From positions 1 through 6,258 of IMG/VR virus record IMGVR_UViG_3300017757_001301: a DNA stretch of 6,258 nt; one strand, given 5' to 3'. Under the pieces are notes generated by a model, which made no database searches, had not been told where the DNA came from, and saw nothing but the letters and a program-made list of their open reading frames with translations. Shown here piece by piece: positions 5,459 to 6,258 of the stretch. The stretch comes from a virus. Within the stretch, counting starts at the first letter, position 1, and each line of letters begins with the position of its first letter. The position numbers and the translations under genes were made by a program.

Positions 5459-5731
5459 CTATAATTTAAATATTGACTCTACTTTAAAATTAATATCATC
5501 TTCAGGTCCTTTTTTATTAGCTATTCTAATTTGCTTATCTAGCTCATACTTAAAGTTTCCTTTAGAGTCTATCTTAATAAAAGCACTAGTTTTCTTATTA
5601 TTGTTAAAAATATAATTAACATAATAATAGTCGTAAACTATCTCTTCTAAATACTCTTCTTTAAGGTCTGCAAGGATCTCTTGAACCGCTCCCTTAATTA
5701 ACTGCTGTAAAAATTGTTTGATTTGATTCAT
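5459..5731 (-). CDS. Hypothetical protein, 90 aa
   Basis: Open frame that begins after the only real intergenic spacer (5732-5763). No family recognised. Confidence 0.7.
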   Translation of the reverse strand: MNQIKQFLQQLIKGAVQEILADLKEEYLEEIVYDYYYVNYIFNNNKKTSAFIKIDSKGNFKYELDKQIRIANKKGPEDDINFKVESIFKL

Positions 5732-5747
5732 AGTATCACTTTACGTC

Positions 5748-5775
5748 AATATAACAAAAAAGTTTATACTATCAA
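5748..5775 (-). promoter_or_regulatory. Weak candidate sigma70-type promoter (TTGATA-N16-TATATT) reading into the 90-aa gene
   Basis: The minus strand reads ...CCTTTGATAGTATAAACTTTTTTGTTATATTGACGTAAAGTGATACTATG. The -35-like TTGATA is at 5770-5775 and the -10-like TATATT at 5748-5753, with a 16-nt spacer. It spans the only spacer longer than 15 nt. Such matches are common by chance in AT-rich DNA, and I found no Bacteroidota-type TAnnTTTG element. Confidence 0.2.
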
Positions 5776-6258
5776 AGGATTTTTATTATAGTCTCTTATA
5801 ACTTCTTTAATCTCTTCTCTAAAATCATGACATTTAATTACTTCATAATTAGAGTTTTCTTCATTAAACCATACTATATAAGAATCGCCAAGTTTAATAC
5901 TTGTATTCTTTTCTACTATGAATCTATAAGTGCTAAGCTGTAAAGAATATAAAGTAAGCTCACAATCAGAAAGATGACTGAGAATTCCAGTAAGGCTTTT
6001 GCCATACTTAGAACTTTTGTTGAGTTTGGTATTAGTCTTCCAATCCCATATTTGATATTGTTGTTCTTTTTCATTCCAAAATAACATATCTGCCATTCCA
6101 CAAAGTTTAAGCTCTGGGTCTCCCATAACAAGCTCTGCTCTTATAGGTATAAGTTTACCTAAAGTATCTTTGTAGAAATTATCTGCATATTCTTTTAATG
6201 TAGGATAAGTTTCGCTTATAGCATCATACCCAAATATATCTATGATCTTTTGCTTAGG
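5764..6258 (-). CDS. PD-(D/E)xK nuclease of the RecB/Cas4/YqaJ-exonuclease type, C-terminal part (5' end lies beyond the right edge)
   Basis: The track starts this ORF at ATG 6126, but I translated the same frame upstream and it stays open to base 6258: ...PKQKIIDIFGYDAISETYPTLKEYADNFYKDTLGKLIPIRAELVMGDPELKLCGMADMLFW... Catalytic signature in order: E (IRAELV), D (CGMADMLF), D-x-K (QIWDWKTN), then QxxxY (YSLQLSTYRFI). There is no Cas4-type C-terminal Cys cluster. Confidence 0.6.
   Translation of the reverse strand, partial: PKQKIIDIFGYDAISETYPTLKEYADNFYKDTLGKLIPIRAELVMGDPELKLCGMADMLFWNEKEQQYQIWDWKTNTKLNKSSKYGKSLTGILSHLSDCELTLYSLQLSTYRFIVEKNTSIKLGDSYIVWFNEENSNYEVIKCHDFREEIKEVIRDYNKNPLIV

Noticed and set aside
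5307-5615. 102-aa plus-strand ORF
   Set aside because: Antisense shadow of the 87-aa and 90-aa minus-strand genes, with hydrophobic low-complexity translation and no plus-strand context.
6124-6126. ATG 6126 as the start of the nuclease gene
   Set aside because: The same frame is open upstream to the window edge and contains the upstream catalytic-type glutamate (IRAELV). This makes it an internal Met.
5916-6131. 71-aa minus-strand ORF
   Set aside because: It is an alternative frame inside the PD-(D/E)xK nuclease gene. The nuclease frame contains the D...DxK and QxxxY motifs.
1-6258. Stop-codon reassignment, CRISPR array, transposon or integrase, or prophage att site at the tRNA
   Set aside because: All genes are intact under the standard code. 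There are no spaced repeats and no transposase or integrase-like ORFs. The tRNA is full length and sits inside a co-directional gene array rather than at a junction.

Overview
AT-rich, very tightly packed window in which every convincing gene is on the minus strand. I read it as part of a tailed-phage (Caudoviricetes) genome, where a replication/recombination and host-takeover block meets the DNA-packaging module. In transcription order (right to left) it contains: the C-terminal two thirds of a PD-(D/E)xK (RecB/Cas4/YqaJ-type) nuclease that runs off the right edge; two small ORFans; a GroES/T4-gp31-like co-chaperonin; a tRNA with anticodon CAU wedged between two genes; an ORFan with an acidic tail; a winged-helix-like protein; a truncated HU/IHF-like protein; another ORFan; a 50-codon hyper-basic gene missing from the supplied ORF track; a 181-aa ORFan; a small zinc-ribbon protein; a 113-aa ORF overlapping terL; a clear large terminase (688 aa); and the first ~94 codons of the next gene, a probable portal, running off the left edge. 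Non-coding DNA totals only about 65 nt. No start codon is preceded by a GGAGG-type Shine-Dalgarno, which fits a Bacteroidota-type or similarly SD-poor host. I saw no CRISPR array, transposon or integrase, rRNA, or sign of stop-codon reassignment. The points most worth follow-up are the initiator-like but atypical tRNA(CAU), the hidden poly-basic mini-protein, the arm-less HU-like protein, the phage co-chaperonin, and the lack of any recognisable small terminase despite six or seven small nucleic-acid-binding-type genes upstream of terL. All functional calls come from motif recognition by eye. No database search was possible.
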